A stretch of DNA of 62,550 nt, filler included, from Asterionella formosa (Eukaryota), in the NCBI GenBank assembly GCA_002256025.1. It is 9 parts of 9 records of this genome, joined end to end, with 100 filler letters (N's around TTAATTAATTAA, not from the genome) between each part and the next. Parts side by side here need not be neighbours in the genome. Positions count along the whole stretch, not along the records: positions 61,007 to 62,550 come from NKIB01001983.1; 8 more parts are not named here. The stretch is one strand, 5' to 3'. The notes beneath the pieces were generated by a model that was not told the DNA's origin, did no database searches, and saw only the letters and a list, made by a program, of their open reading frames with translations. Positions 61,404 to 62,550 of the stretch are shown piece after piece (positions within the stretch are counted from its first letter, which is position 1; the number at the start of each line of letters is the position of its first letter). The translations under genes were made by a program, and so were the position numbers.

Positions 61404-62550
61404 ATGGCCAACGCAGCGGCCCTTCGGATTCTAATATGTTATCTTTTTGGAAACATAGGGTCGACTTCACTTCCTCTTGAGAAGACAAGTGATTTTGATT
61501 TAGATGAGGTGGGTGTCAAACTTTTAGAATCACTATCTAGTGCTGAAGGTCTTTTGCGCAATCTTACTGCCATGGTTGTTTTTGACGAGGGAATTTCGAC
61601 TTCAACAATTTCAGACTTCTTGAAGTTTCTCCGTTTCTTATTTTGGTCAACAAAAACGTCTAAAACGTTCATAGTTTTGCCTAATCGAATGGCTGAAAAT
61701 TTTGTTATAACGCTTGTGTGGGAAGGTGGTCCGGAGAGTGCTCGATCCAGCTCTGCAATGAGCACGACGTCGAAGATTAGGATGAAAACACATGATTTCG
61801 TTCTTTCTATTCCGTTGCTTGCCAAGCATGCCCTGCCGTGGTTGATAAATGCTTTGGACTCCGTTGATGTGGCATCGGATACCACTTCTAAATATTTTGA
61901 TGTTTTGAAAAAAATTGTTTCCAACAATGAAACGAACCGGTTTGTGATTAAGGCTCTTATCTCTAAAAATTACGAGAATTTGAAGAAGTATATAATTATC
62001 AATACTGTCTTGACTACACTTCATCTCTGCAATAATTCTATTGGTGATGACGGAGCCAAGGCCATTGCAGAGGCTCTCAAGGTCAATACTGTCTTGACTG
62101 AACTTCATCTCGATAATAATTCAATTAGTGTTGATGGAGCCAAGGCCATTGCAGAGGCTCTCAAGGTCAATACTATCTTAACTGAACTTCATCTCTATAG
62201 AAATTCAATTGTTGATGATGGCACCAAGGCCATTGCAGAGGCTCGCAAGGTCAATACTGTCTTGACTACACTTATTCTCTATAATCATTCAATTGGTGAT
62301 GACAGAGCCAAGGCCATTACAGAGGCTCTCAAGGTCAATACTGTCTTGACCTTGACTAGACTTCATCTCGATAATAATTCAATTGGTGTTGACGGAGCCA
62401 AGGCCATTGCAGATGCTCTCAAGGTCAATACTGTCTTGACTGAACTTGGTCTCCGGTATAATTCAATTGATGATCGCTTACTTAATAAAATCCAAAGAAC
62501 AGTTGAGATAAGAAGCAAGAACTTTCTCAAACCGGAGAACATTGATGATA
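61404..62550 (+). CDS. RI-like/NLRC3-type LRR protein, runs off the window end (absent from the ORF track)
   Basis: Frame open from 61374 to the end, first ATG at 61404. 84-bp/28-aa repeats NSIGDDGAKAIAEALKVNTVLT.L.L starting at 62001, 62085, 62169, 62253, 62337 and 62427. Confidence 0.75.
   Translation, partial: MANAAALRILICYLFGNIGSTSLPLEKTSDFDLDEVGVKLLESLSSAEGLLRNLTAMVVFDEGISTSTISDFLKFLRFLFWSTKTSKTFIVLPNRMAENFVITLVWEGGPESARSSSAMSTTSKIRMKTHDFVLSIPLLAKHALPWLINALDSVDVASDTTSKYFDVLKKIVSNNETNRFVIKALISKNYENLKKYIIINTVLTTLHLCNNSIGDDGAKAIAEALKVNTVLTELHLDNNSISVDGAKAIAEALKVNTILTELHLYRNSIVDDGTKAIAEARKVNTVLTTLILYNHSIGDDRAKAITEALKVNTVLTLTRLHLDNNSIGVDGAKAIADALKVNTVLTELGLRYNSIDDRLLNKIQRTVEIRSKNFLKPENIDD

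Noticed and set aside
62001..62470. Regular repeats resembling a CRISPR array (also 20400-21150 and 40620-41254)
   Set aside because: The 84-bp and 162-bp units are in-frame coding repeats, the 11-mer array has no unique spacers, there are no cas genes and the context is eukaryotic.

Overview
Eukaryotic DNA, very likely a diatom. Evidence: ASAFAP-type plastid presequences, a CoDi-type copia fragment, short GT-AG introns and diatom-style ankyrin/LRR/propeller families. The window is not contiguous. It is nine contigs (1-25459, 25560-51020, then seven of 1544-1548 bp) joined by 100-bp N/TTAATTAATTAA/N linkers, apparently ordered by length. Host genes: a plastid-targeted methyltransferase and a plastid-targeted acidic protein (divergent pair), a small silaffin-like secreted peptide, a 54-aa-repeat protein with an N-myristoylation-type start, an ankyrin protein, an F-box plus atypical kinase, TFIIH p44/SSL1, a V-ATPase c-like proteolipid, eEF2K with a Tudor domain, an acylglycerol lipase, a beta-propeller protein and two LRR proteins. 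The transposon load is rich: a three-level nest (piggyBac-like > DIRS-like > TIR element), two Harbinger families, pogo/Tc1-mariner ends, a Stowaway-like MITE, other MITEs and a CoDi fragment. Best leads: (1) the GGTACC/CCWGG palindromic thickets at gene 5' ends look like accumulated TA-CC(W)GG-TA transposon excision footprints, with one clean footprint visible between two paralogous copies; (2) a silaffin-like RXL/KXXK peptide gene; (3) a V-ATPase c paralog lacking the essential glutamate; (4) an F-box kinase with WNK-style lysine placement.
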